DNA from: Spirochaetia bacterium
GTDB taxonomy: Bacteria > Spirochaetota > Spirochaetia > CAKZLE01
Direction: 5' to 3'
Assembly (NCBI GenBank): GCA_963677595.1
Contig: OY782041.1
Location: forward strand, 4,224,001 to 4,288,000
Length of the DNA: 64,000 bases
The number at the start of each line of letters is the position of its first letter. Position 1 is the stretch's first letter. Position numbers and translations under genes: made by a program. Shown piece by piece: positions 18,967 through 26,893 of this stretch. The notes below the pieces were generated by a model. The model was not told where the DNA came from. It searched no databases and worked only from the letters and a program-made list of their open reading frames with translations.

Positions 18967-20658
18967 TTATCGGTTGCTGTACCAGGCGTTGACTTCCTCG
19001 GTTATCTTGTCCAGGCCGAGGGTGTTCAGTTCCTGAACGAAACTGCCGAACGTATCGATGGACGCGACCCCGATGATCACCTTGGTGAAATACTCGATCT
19101 CCTTGTCCTTGATGATCTGCAGCCGTTTCTTCATGGTGTCGGTGGGAGCTCCGAAGAACTGGTCCATCTCGAACAGGTCATTGGCATAGTAGTAATCCAT
19201 GGTCGTGAAGGCTCCGCCCTCACCGAAGGTCTTGACCGATCCGGCCATGCCCAGGTCGCCCTCAAGGTAGCTGACGATGGAGTTGTAGTAGTTCAGTTCC
19301 TCTGCATTGAGGGCTGAGGTATCACCCTTGTCGAATGCATCAGAGACATGCCAGTAGGCCTCAAGGTTCTTCAGCGCATTGTAGGTCTTGAACATCGTAT
19401 CATGGAGGGCGAAACTCGGGATACCGGTGTCCGTGACCAGGTACTGGGCATACTCATCGACAGGGATGTAGGCGAACTTCTCGACGAAGAAGTTCAGCAG
19501 CTTGATCAGTGCCTCTGGGTGTTCAGCCTTGCTGCTGACCACATAGTAGTAGGGGATGTTCAGCTTGATCTGTGGTTTTCCAGGTGCTCCGGTAGCTGAG
19601 GGGATCGCAACAGGGGTCCAGTCTGCCTCGGGGTTGTTATCGATCGTGCTCTGGAGCGGCCACATGGCATTCCACATTGCACCGTACTGGATCCCAGCAC
19701 GTCCTGAAGCGGAAAGCTCTGAGACTTTCATGAGGTCCTTGACCGCGAAATCCTCCTCGATGAGACCTTGATCATAGAGTTTGTTCATGAAGCTGAGGGC
19801 ATCCTTGATCTGGGGCTGGACACTTCCATATACGAGGTTCCCATTGCTTCCCTTCACCCATGCACGGGGATACGCTCCGAACCCGTTGAACAGGCCGAGG
19901 CCGTCACCCGCATCCGACATACCCCGCTGTGTCAGGATATCCTTATGGAGGATCAACCCGAGGGTATCATCCTTGCCGTTGCCGTCCGGGTCATCGTCCC
20001 TGAAGGCGACCATCACGTCATAGAGCTCATCCATGGTCTCAGGTACTGCAAGACCGAGCTTTTTCAGCCAGTCATTCCTGATCCACAGGAAGGAAGAGGT
20101 ATCGATCGATGAGTCGGTGCTCGGGATAGCGATGATCTCCCCGTTGAAGGTAGCTGAATCCATAGCTGACGTACCTTCCTGGTACATCCACTCCTTCAGG
20201 TGGTCAGAAGCGTATTTCTCGAAGTACGCCCCCATGTTCTTGTTGATGAGGTCCGACCTGCTCAGGAGGGCAAGCTGTTCCTTGTTCACCATCATGATAT
20301 CGGGGATATCAGCGGAGGCAATGGCGATATTCTTCTTCTGCACACTGTCCTCATCCGACTGGGCTGCGAACCATGCGTATTCCAGGTTGATGCCCAACTC
20401 TTCAAGATACTTCTTCTGGAAGATGTTGTTCATGATTCTCTCTTTCGAGAAGAATTCAGCCAAAGGCGGCTCGATCTCAAAATAGGTTGTCACGGTTATT
20501 GCAGGATCATACGCAGCCATCGGGTCGGTGACTTCCTCGATCGGTGCAGGCTTCGCTGCCTCTTCCTGCTTACCTCCAGCTGTTATCGGGGACAATAGGA
20601 TCAGCAGCATCATAACTGCAGTTACCATGGTTATGGTTCTTTTCTTTGTAGCTCTCAC
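18967..20658 (-). CDS. Oligosaccharide-binding protein (LplA/YtcQ-like)
   Basis: Signal peptide; WIRNDWLKKLGL.VPETMDEL, DPDGNGKDD; AGGAG RBS before GTG. Confidence 0.92.
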   Translation of the reverse strand: MRATKKRTITMVTAVMMLLILLSPITAGGKQEEAAKPAPIEEVTDPMAAYDPAITVTTYFEIEPPLAEFFSKERIMNNIFQKKYLEELGINLEYAWFAAQSDEDSVQKKNIAIASADIPDIMMVNKEQLALLSRSDLINKNMGAYFEKYASDHLKEWMYQEGTSAMDSATFNGEIIAIPSTDSSIDTSSFLWIRNDWLKKLGLAVPETMDELYDVMVAFRDDDPDGNGKDDTLGLILHKDILTQRGMSDAGDGLGLFNGFGAYPRAWVKGSNGNLVYGSVQPQIKDALSFMNKLYDQGLIEEDFAVKDLMKVSELSASGRAGIQYGAMWNAMWPLQSTIDNNPEADWTPVAIPSATGAPGKPQIKLNIPYYYVVSSKAEHPEALIKLLNFFVEKFAYIPVDEYAQYLVTDTGIPSFALHDTMFKTYNALKNLEAYWHVSDAFDKGDTSALNAEELNYYNSIVSYLEGDLGMAGSVKTFGEGGAFTTMDYYYANDLFEMDQFFGAPTDTMKKRLQIIKDKEIEYFTKVIIGVASIDTFGSFVQELNTLGLDKITEEVNAWYSNR

Positions 20659-20731
20659 GTTAATTCTCCTTTTTCGTTTTGTATAGAAGTGATACTGTAT
20701 TGTAGGTCCTTATATTTCAGCTGGAAATTGA

Positions 20732-20765
20732 AAATTCTTGACAACGAAGTTCAAAAATTGACATC
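20732..20765 (-). promoter_or_regulatory. Candidate response-regulator binding site, copy 1
   Basis: Plus strand AAATTCTTGACA-N8-CAAAAATTGACATC; near-identical to 24553-24586. Confidence 0.6.
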
Positions 20766-20850
20766 CGGAAGATCGCGCATGGACAGGTTATGTGGTTCCA
20801 TGCTTCAGTGATGATACGACGTAAGGGAATCATACCATGAGGGAAGAGAT

Positions 20851-21837
20851 ATGACGGTACCAGAACAGGTTGTTACAGGCTCCACCACCATCAGGGAGAT
20901 CATCGGGCATCCGGCATTCGCGGGCTGTGCAGACCTTCTTGGTCTCACGACAGGCGAGATATCCCCCGACTGGACATTGAACGACCTGTATGCAGGTCAA
21001 GGTGCATGCGCCTTTGCCGATATGCCGTACGGCTTGAACGCAGCGGCCCGGAGGGGGGCGGACCTTTTCACCCCGCTCCATACCCCGGGGCAGATCGCAG
21101 TTCATCCAGACAAGGGTCGCTCCGGTCTGTTCTTCTTCCCCTCGGGAAGGGAGGGTGCCCCATTCTCACTGGTCGTACCCGGCGGCGCCTACGCCATGGT
21201 CGCTGCTGCCATCGAGGGCTTCCCCACAGCTGCCAGGCTCAATGACCTCGGGATCAATGCCTTCGTCCTCTCCTACCGCACCATATATCCCCCTGCAGAC
21301 GGTGTCTTCCCCCAGGCCCTGGAGGATCTCCAGGCTGCCCTTCACTATATCATCAGCCATGCCGGGGAGTACGGGATACGTGCTGACGAGTATGCGGTGA
21401 TCGGGTTCTCTGCCGGAGGGCATCTTACCTCCATGCTCGCTACCGACACCTTCGGGTACCAGTGCGCCGGCCTGCCGAAGCCCGGGCTGCTCTCACTCGT
21501 GTACCCAGTCGTCGAGTTCAGCTCGGCAGGAGAAGCCATCCGTCTTTGCAGGGATTGCGCATTCGGGATCGATGCCCCGGAAAAGCATATGGAACTCGCG
21601 TATGCGCCGCAGCACCTCCATGCAGGATCTCCCCCGGTCTTCCTCGTCCACGGGAAGGATGACGATACCGTCCCCTTCGAGGTGAGCTCACCGATACTGC
21701 AGCAGGCGGCTGATGCGGCCGGCGTCCCCTGCAGGCTGCTGACCTTTGGGCACTTTCCCCATGGGGCAGGCATCGGGGCAGGACTGGAAGCCGGGATCTG
21801 GCTTGAGGAGATGGTCAGGTTCTGGGGTTCACGGTAG
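20851..21837 (+). CDS. Alpha/beta-hydrolase (acetyl/feruloyl esterase-like)
   Basis: VPGGAY, GFSAGGH, HGKDDDTV, PHGAG triad motifs. Confidence 0.85.
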   Translation: MTVPEQVVTGSTTIREIIGHPAFAGCADLLGLTTGEISPDWTLNDLYAGQGACAFADMPYGLNAAARRGADLFTPLHTPGQIAVHPDKGRSGLFFFPSGREGAPFSLVVPGGAYAMVAAAIEGFPTAARLNDLGINAFVLSYRTIYPPADGVFPQALEDLQAALHYIISHAGEYGIRADEYAVIGFSAGGHLTSMLATDTFGYQCAGLPKPGLLSLVYPVVEFSSAGEAIRLCRDCAFGIDAPEKHMELAYAPQHLHAGSPPVFLVHGKDDDTVPFEVSSPILQQAADAAGVPCRLLTFGHFPHGAGIGAGLEAGIWLEEMVRFWGSR

Positions 21838-23532
21838 CGGGACGTCTTTATCGAGGGTCAGCGTGACTTTGACCCCGCCGAGCTCACTCCGTGTCACGGA
21901 GACACCACATCGGCTGCCGTAGGCTAGCCTGAGCCGCTTATGGATATTATGCAGTGCATGGTTGCCTCCATCGGAGTTGTCCCTGAGGTTTCGTTTCATA
22001 GATTCGATCAGGTCATCACCGGCAGCCGACCCGTTGTCTTCCACAGAGATCTCTACCCGTGCTTGTTCAAGTGTATAGCTGATCCTGATCAGCCCCCCTT
22101 CCAGCGTGTCAGCCAAGCCGTAGGAGTAGGCATTCTCGATCAGCGGCTGCAGGATGAGTTTCGGTACAAATACGGTCCTGATCCCTTCAGGCAGCACCTC
22201 CTGTTCTACCGTGATCTTCTCGCCGAACCGCATCTGCTGGATGTCGACGTAGTTGGTCATATGCTCTACCTCTTCGGCAAGCGTGATGAAATGGCTGGTC
22301 TCCTTGTTGATGAACCGGTAATACTTGGCCAGTGATGTCACGAACTTCGTGATCAGCTCATAGGACTCATTCTTGGCCATCCGGTTTATGATGAAGAAAC
22401 TATTGTAGAGGAAATGGGGGTTGATCTGGGACTGCAGCTGGGCCAGCTCAGCATTCTGGAGCAGGTTCTCCTGCTCATAGATATCGGCGATCAGTTTCTC
22501 GATATATGCGACGCTGCTATTGAACCCGCGATAGAGGTAGTTGAACTCATCATGGGGTTCATGGTAGATACGGACATCGAAATCCCCTCCCTGGATCCGG
22601 TCAAACGCATGCATCAGCTCCCGCAGGGGTTTTACGACGATGAATTTCGTATAGACAAGGGAACCCGCGTAGAGGGCAGTTAAGACGAGCATGACTACCG
22701 TCAGCATGATCAGGTACCGCAGCCGAATCTCCCTGATGACCTGCCTGTCTATGAATACCACTACAGAGAGCGGGTATTTCTCGCTGTCAGCGGAGACGAA
22801 CTGGTAATCGTCCCGAATATCGCCCCCAATCCCTTGATCTGCGTAATACTGCTTCACTACTGCATCCGCATCGTCCTCAACCAGGATCTCCTCCTCCAGG
22901 GAGAACCGGATAGCCCCCCCGCTGCCCCGTTCGTCATTGAAGGTGCCGAGCGATTCTCGCAGCAGGTCCTCTGACAGCAGGATCTGGATGTTGAAATCCG
23001 GGATGTAATCATCACTGACTGAAGACTGGAGAGGGAAAGAGAAGTTCATGACGACCTTTCCGTCCGTGGTCTGCAGATAGTCATAGGCAGTCGAACCTCC
23101 CTCTGCAGACCAGGACCGGTCCGGATCCTTCTCATACCCGCCTGCTGCAGAGAGCGATATCTGCTGGGAAGGATAGGTGATCACGATATCCTCGATCAGC
23201 GGGCTCATCGCCTGGATTCCTTCTATATCACTGAGCAGGTTGAGGATGATCTGTGACTTCTCATAGGCGTCCGTATAGATATAGTAGGCCAGTTTGGTCA
23301 CATTGGCGGAATTGGCCAAGTTCACCTCATGTCTGTAGATGGTATCGAACTGCTCTTCCAGGTTCCCAAGGAATGATGAGGCTTGGATCCGCTTGGAGCT
23401 GACAAGCTCCTCCGTCGTCTGGTTGATATAGTTCTGGAACAATCCCACAAGGACCAGGTAGATCAGTACTACCAATAGTGAATAGATGACAAAGAGCCGT
23501 TTGAAGACGCTGAAGTTCCCGTTCCTGTGCAT
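21829..23532 (-). CDS. Sensor histidine kinase (YesM/LytS-like)
   Basis: 2 TM, HAMP, LQSQINPHFLYN, PKLILQPLIENA, VEDNG. Confidence 0.93.
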   Translation of the reverse strand: MHRNGNFSVFKRLFVIYSLLVVLIYLVLVGLFQNYINQTTEELVSSKRIQASSFLGNLEEQFDTIYRHEVNLANSANVTKLAYYIYTDAYEKSQIILNLLSDIEGIQAMSPLIEDIVITYPSQQISLSAAGGYEKDPDRSWSAEGGSTAYDYLQTTDGKVVMNFSFPLQSSVSDDYIPDFNIQILLSEDLLRESLGTFNDERGSGGAIRFSLEEEILVEDDADAVVKQYYADQGIGGDIRDDYQFVSADSEKYPLSVVVFIDRQVIREIRLRYLIMLTVVMLVLTALYAGSLVYTKFIVVKPLRELMHAFDRIQGGDFDVRIYHEPHDEFNYLYRGFNSSVAYIEKLIADIYEQENLLQNAELAQLQSQINPHFLYNSFFIINRMAKNESYELITKFVTSLAKYYRFINKETSHFITLAEEVEHMTNYVDIQQMRFGEKITVEQEVLPEGIRTVFVPKLILQPLIENAYSYGLADTLEGGLIRISYTLEQARVEISVEDNGSAAGDDLIESMKRNLRDNSDGGNHALHNIHKRLRLAYGSRCGVSVTRSELGGVKVTLTLDKDVPLP

Positions 23533-23541
23533 ATGAATTCA

Positions 23542-24447
23542 TTATAGTACAGAATCTGTGAAAAAGAACCCTATTTCATCAATCGCCTGGGTTGTCTCCG
23601 GGCTGTGGAAGAGCGGGAAGACATGAAACAGTCCTTCCCAGATACGCCAGGAGACATCCACACCGGCGTTCGTGCACTTCTCGAAGATCAGCCGGGCATC
23701 ATCGAAGAGGACCTCCTCACTCCCGACATGGATCGCCAATCTGGGGAAACCCGTGAAATCACCATAGCCAGGAGATACGAACGGGCTCGAGAAATCTGCG
23801 TTCCGGTAATAGGGGACGACCGGCTCATAGCTGATCATGGGATCCCTCTCATCCCGCTCTGAATGGGACGGCAGCTCCAGCTCCTGTCCGGCGACCGGGG
23901 AGAAGACCAGCGCCTTCCCTGGCAGTGGTTCCCCCTTGTCCTTCAGGTACAGGATCATTGTCAGAGTCAGCATGGCCCCTGCGGACTCTCCGAACACATA
24001 GACCTCAGATGGGGCATACCCCTTCCCCAATAGCCAGTGATAGGCTGCGACACAATCATTCAGGGCCTGGGGGTGCTCGGCCTCAGGCCATTGTCCGTAC
24101 TCGACGGACAGGGCATCTATCCGTGCCTGCCCCATGATATCATGGCAGAGCCTGCGCCTTGAGAGGACCGAACCGTTCATGAATCCCCCGCCGTGGAGGA
24201 ACAGGAGCACCTTGCCCTGGAGCTTCTGAGGGTCACTCGGATCATAGGTATAGAACTCCCCGGTGAGGTCATCCGTCTCTACTCGTTCAGTGTTCACCAC
24301 CCACTCACCGGGAGGCAGGCTCCCCAGGATCCCGTCGATGTGGTGCCTGTCCTCGAGGGCCCGTTCAGGGGTCATAACAACACCTTTTGACTTTATCTTC
24401 TCGGCCCGCAGTATATCGATTGCTTCCTGGATCTCTTTGCTTACCAT
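23542..24447 (-). CDS. Alpha/beta-hydrolase, HSL-family esterase
   Basis: LHGGGF, GESAG, EVLFDD, HVF. Confidence 0.9.
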   Translation of the reverse strand: MVSKEIQEAIDILRAEKIKSKGVVMTPERALEDRHHIDGILGSLPPGEWVVNTERVETDDLTGEFYTYDPSDPQKLQGKVLLFLHGGGFMNGSVLSRRRLCHDIMGQARIDALSVEYGQWPEAEHPQALNDCVAAYHWLLGKGYAPSEVYVFGESAGAMLTLTMILYLKDKGEPLPGKALVFSPVAGQELELPSHSERDERDPMISYEPVVPYYRNADFSSPFVSPGYGDFTGFPRLAIHVGSEEVLFDDARLIFEKCTNAGVDVSWRIWEGLFHVFPLFHSPETTQAIDEIGFFFTDSVL

Positions 24448-24552
24448 CGTTATAACCTCTCAGCTGTTCCCGACCTGCATAATACGGCAGCGAGGCAGGA
24501 CAAGGAGTCGTATATGTTCACTCTAAAAGCAAAAGGATCTGGTGCATACGGT

Positions 24553-24586
24553 AAATTATTGACATTTGTGACCAAAAGTTGATATC
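24553..24586 (-). promoter_or_regulatory. Candidate response-regulator binding site, copy 2
   Basis: Plus strand AAATTATTGACA-N8-CAAAAGTTGATATC upstream of the esterase-kinase unit. Confidence 0.6.
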
Positions 24587-24692
24587 GATAGAATCCAGCA
24601 GACCGGTTCACTAGGGGTTGGGCAAGACAGGTTTATCGGGAAAAGAATAACGGGAGTGCTTTGTTTCAATCAGCATGGCCTGCATGAATCCT

Positions 24693-26030
24693 TCAACCGA
24701 GCAGTTCAGGAAGGAATCCTGCATAATAAAGAGGTATGCGTGCGATACGTTCACCGGGATCTGCATGCAGGGAATTCCCCGAGATGATCACCGCCCTGCC
24801 TGGGGCATATTTCTGGATATACTGCTTCAGGCTCTTAGCCTTGACCCTCCTACCGGACTTCACCTCGACGGGGATGATCGCCCCATGTCTATCCTGAAAC
24901 AGGAACTCGATCTCTGAATTCCTTTCCTTCCAGGAGACGGGCTTCATACCCGCCGCTATCAGCTCCTGAAGCACGAAGTTCTCAGCGAAGAACCCTTTCG
25001 CCATCCCGTAATCCTGCTTCAGGAGGGACGCAGGCGGCAGGTCAAGCATAGCACCCAGAATTCCTGTATCAGCAAGGAACAGCTTGAACATATTATAGGA
25101 AGTGAATGCTTCAAAGGGCATCTCAGACCGTTCCACCAGGCTGACCTTATGGATGAGGGCGGCACGTGTCAGCCAGTGGATAGGCCCTTCCAATGCCGCA
25201 AATCCCTTCTTCCCCGGAATAACGTCCTTGAAACGGTATCGCCTTGTTGAGAGGTCCTGGACTTCAGCAAGCTGGTTAGGGATACTGTGGAAGACTGAGG
25301 TGATATGAATCGAGTTCAGTTTACCTGCATGTTTGGCGACATCACTCTCATACATGGTGATCAGGTCAGTGAGTACCGACCTGACACTCTCCAGGCCTTG
25401 CTGGTTGATTTCCTGTCCCAGTTCCAGATAGCGATTGACTGCAGCAGGCATCCCGCCGGTCACATAGTAGTGATAGAGCTTATCCAACAGCAGGTCATGT
25501 GCAACTGACGGGACCTCCCGTGTCTCTAAGCCTTGATAGAATGCCTCGATGAGAGGGGCATTCCCATCTGTCCAGAGGAACTCCTCGAACGACAGCGGAT
25601 ACAGATTGAGAAAGTTCACCTTCCCTACAGGAAAGGATCCCTCCCCGGTCTGGATTCCCAATAATGAGCCGGCACAGCAGATATGGAGGATGGGCAGTTT
25701 CTCACAGAAATATTTCAGGCTGGTCAGAGCTCTCGGGCACTCCTGGATCTCATCGAAGATGACGAGGTCTTCCTCAATATTGATTGATCGCCCCTGCAGC
25801 AGCGAGAGTTCACTGATGATCCTGGCTGGCACAAGATCCTGGTTGAAGATGGTATGGATACTGCCGCCCTCCTCAAAGTTGAAATAGTGGCAAGCAGGAA
25901 ACCGGGTTTCCCCGAAATGTTTGAGGATATAGGTCTTTCCCGTCTGTCTCAGGCCCTTGAGGATAAGCGGTTTCCGGTTGGGGTCGTCCTTCCAGTGTAT
26001 GAGGTTATCAAGCACCTTCCGTTTCATCAT
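24693..26030 (-). CDS. AAA+ ATPase with DUF4143 and C-terminal nuclease-like motif (COG1373-like)
   Basis: GLRQTGKT Walker A, IFDEIQ Walker B, GGMP, DTGIL, EN.V.QEL, EIEF...PVEVKSG. Confidence 0.9.
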   Translation of the reverse strand: MMKRKVLDNLIHWKDDPNRKPLILKGLRQTGKTYILKHFGETRFPACHYFNFEEGGSIHTIFNQDLVPARIISELSLLQGRSINIEEDLVIFDEIQECPRALTSLKYFCEKLPILHICCAGSLLGIQTGEGSFPVGKVNFLNLYPLSFEEFLWTDGNAPLIEAFYQGLETREVPSVAHDLLLDKLYHYYVTGGMPAAVNRYLELGQEINQQGLESVRSVLTDLITMYESDVAKHAGKLNSIHITSVFHSIPNQLAEVQDLSTRRYRFKDVIPGKKGFAALEGPIHWLTRAALIHKVSLVERSEMPFEAFTSYNMFKLFLADTGILGAMLDLPPASLLKQDYGMAKGFFAENFVLQELIAAGMKPVSWKERNSEIEFLFQDRHGAIIPVEVKSGRRVKAKSLKQYIQKYAPGRAVIISGNSLHADPGERIARIPLYYAGFLPELLG

Positions 26031-26053
26031 ATGTACAGCTTAGTGGAAGATGT

Positions 26054-26108
26054 GACTTTTTGCAACGAATAATTCCCAAATTATGGACTTTTTGCAATGA
26101 ATAATTCC
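26054..26108. repeat. Two 23-bp direct repeats, period 32
   Basis: GACTTTTTGCAAYGAATAATTCC at 26054-26076 and 26086-26108 (1 mismatch). Confidence 0.85.
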
Positions 26109-26127
26109 TGTTCATGGGATTCTGGGT

Positions 26128-26159
26128 AAAAAAAATCACAACACGGTGTGTGTTGTGAT
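26128..26159 (-). terminator. Intrinsic terminator of the tRNA operon
   Basis: ATCACAACAC/GTGTTGTGAT stem followed by a T-run on the minus strand. Confidence 0.8.
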
Positions 26160-26165
26160 AACTAG

Positions 26166-26237
26166 CATCTCCTAGGGGAATTGAACCCCTGTTGCCGGGA
26201 TGAAAACCCGATGTCCTAACCACTAGACGAAGGAGAC
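26166..26237 (-). tRNA. tRNA-Glu (TTC)
   Basis: GTCTCCTTCGTCTAGTGGTTAGGACATCGGGTT-TTC-ATCCCGGCAACAGGGGTTCAATTCCCCTAGGAGATG cloverleaf; CCA not encoded. Confidence 0.95.
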
Positions 26238-26244
26238 ATAAACA

Positions 26245-26317
26245 TGAGCCGCACAGGGTTCGAACCTGTGACCCACGCCTTAAAAGGGCGTTGCTCTACC
26301 AGCTGAGCTAGCGGCCC
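26245..26317 (-). tRNA. tRNA-Lys (TTT)
   Basis: GGGCCGCTAGCTCAGCTGGTAGAGCAACGCCCT-TTT-AAGGCGT...GGTTCGAACC cloverleaf. Confidence 0.96.
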
Positions 26318-26331
26318 AAGCAACGGATAGG

Positions 26332-26360
26332 AATATAGCAATTAGACCGCTTTCTGTCAA
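26332..26360 (-). promoter_or_regulatory. tRNA operon promoter
   Basis: TTGACA-17-TATATT with extended TG. Confidence 0.75.
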
Positions 26361-26406
26361 CAGTTTTGCCGGTGAAAACGGAAATAAAAACCTACTCCCC
26401 TACCCC

Positions 26407-26862
26407 TTAGAGACGTGCCGCAGCGATCTCCTCCTGGACGAGGGAATCGCACAGCTCGTTGAGCTCGATACCGGCATGCCCTTTGACCCAGTGCCACCTC
26501 ACCGGGAGCTGGTCTGAGATCGATTTCAACTCGATCCAGAGCTCCTGGTTCTTGACCGGCTTCTTCGCGGCTGTCTTCCAGCCGTTGCGTATCCAGCCGT
26601 GGATCCAGGTCGTGATGCCGTTCTTCACATACTGTGAATCGGTATGCACATGGACTGCCCGTACTCCATGAGCATAGGCTGCTTTCACGTAGTGTAACGC
26701 CTCAATCACGGCAGTCAGTTCCATCTTGTTGTTCGTCGTCTCACGGTCATTCCCTGACCCGGTACTATGGCCCTCTTTCTCGTTCTGGACCACGTAGGCC
26801 CAGCCGCCGGGGCCGGGGTTCCCGGAGCATCCCCCGTCGGTATACAGTATGATATCTTCCAT
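26407..26862 (-). CDS. rnhA: Ribonuclease HI
   Basis: YTDGGCSGNPGPGGW, TTNNKMEL, TDSQYV..GI..WI..W, WVKGHAG..NE.CD. Confidence 0.97.
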   Translation of the reverse strand: MEDIILYTDGGCSGNPGPGGWAYVVQNEKEGHSTGSGNDRETTNNKMELTAVIEALHYVKAAYAHGVRAVHVHTDSQYVKNGITTWIHGWIRNGWKTAAKKPVKNQELWIELKSISDQLPVRWHWVKGHAGIELNELCDSLVQEEIAAARL

Positions 26863-26893
26863 ACCGCGATCATACTGGTAACGACCCGTTCGG

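Noticed and set aside
26054-26108. Possible mini-CRISPR
   Set aside because: Only two repeats, a 9-bp spacer and no cas genes
26008-26223. 71-aa minus ORF; likewise 29641-29933 ORFs
   Set aside because: They overlap tRNA-Glu or are antisense to the riboswitch
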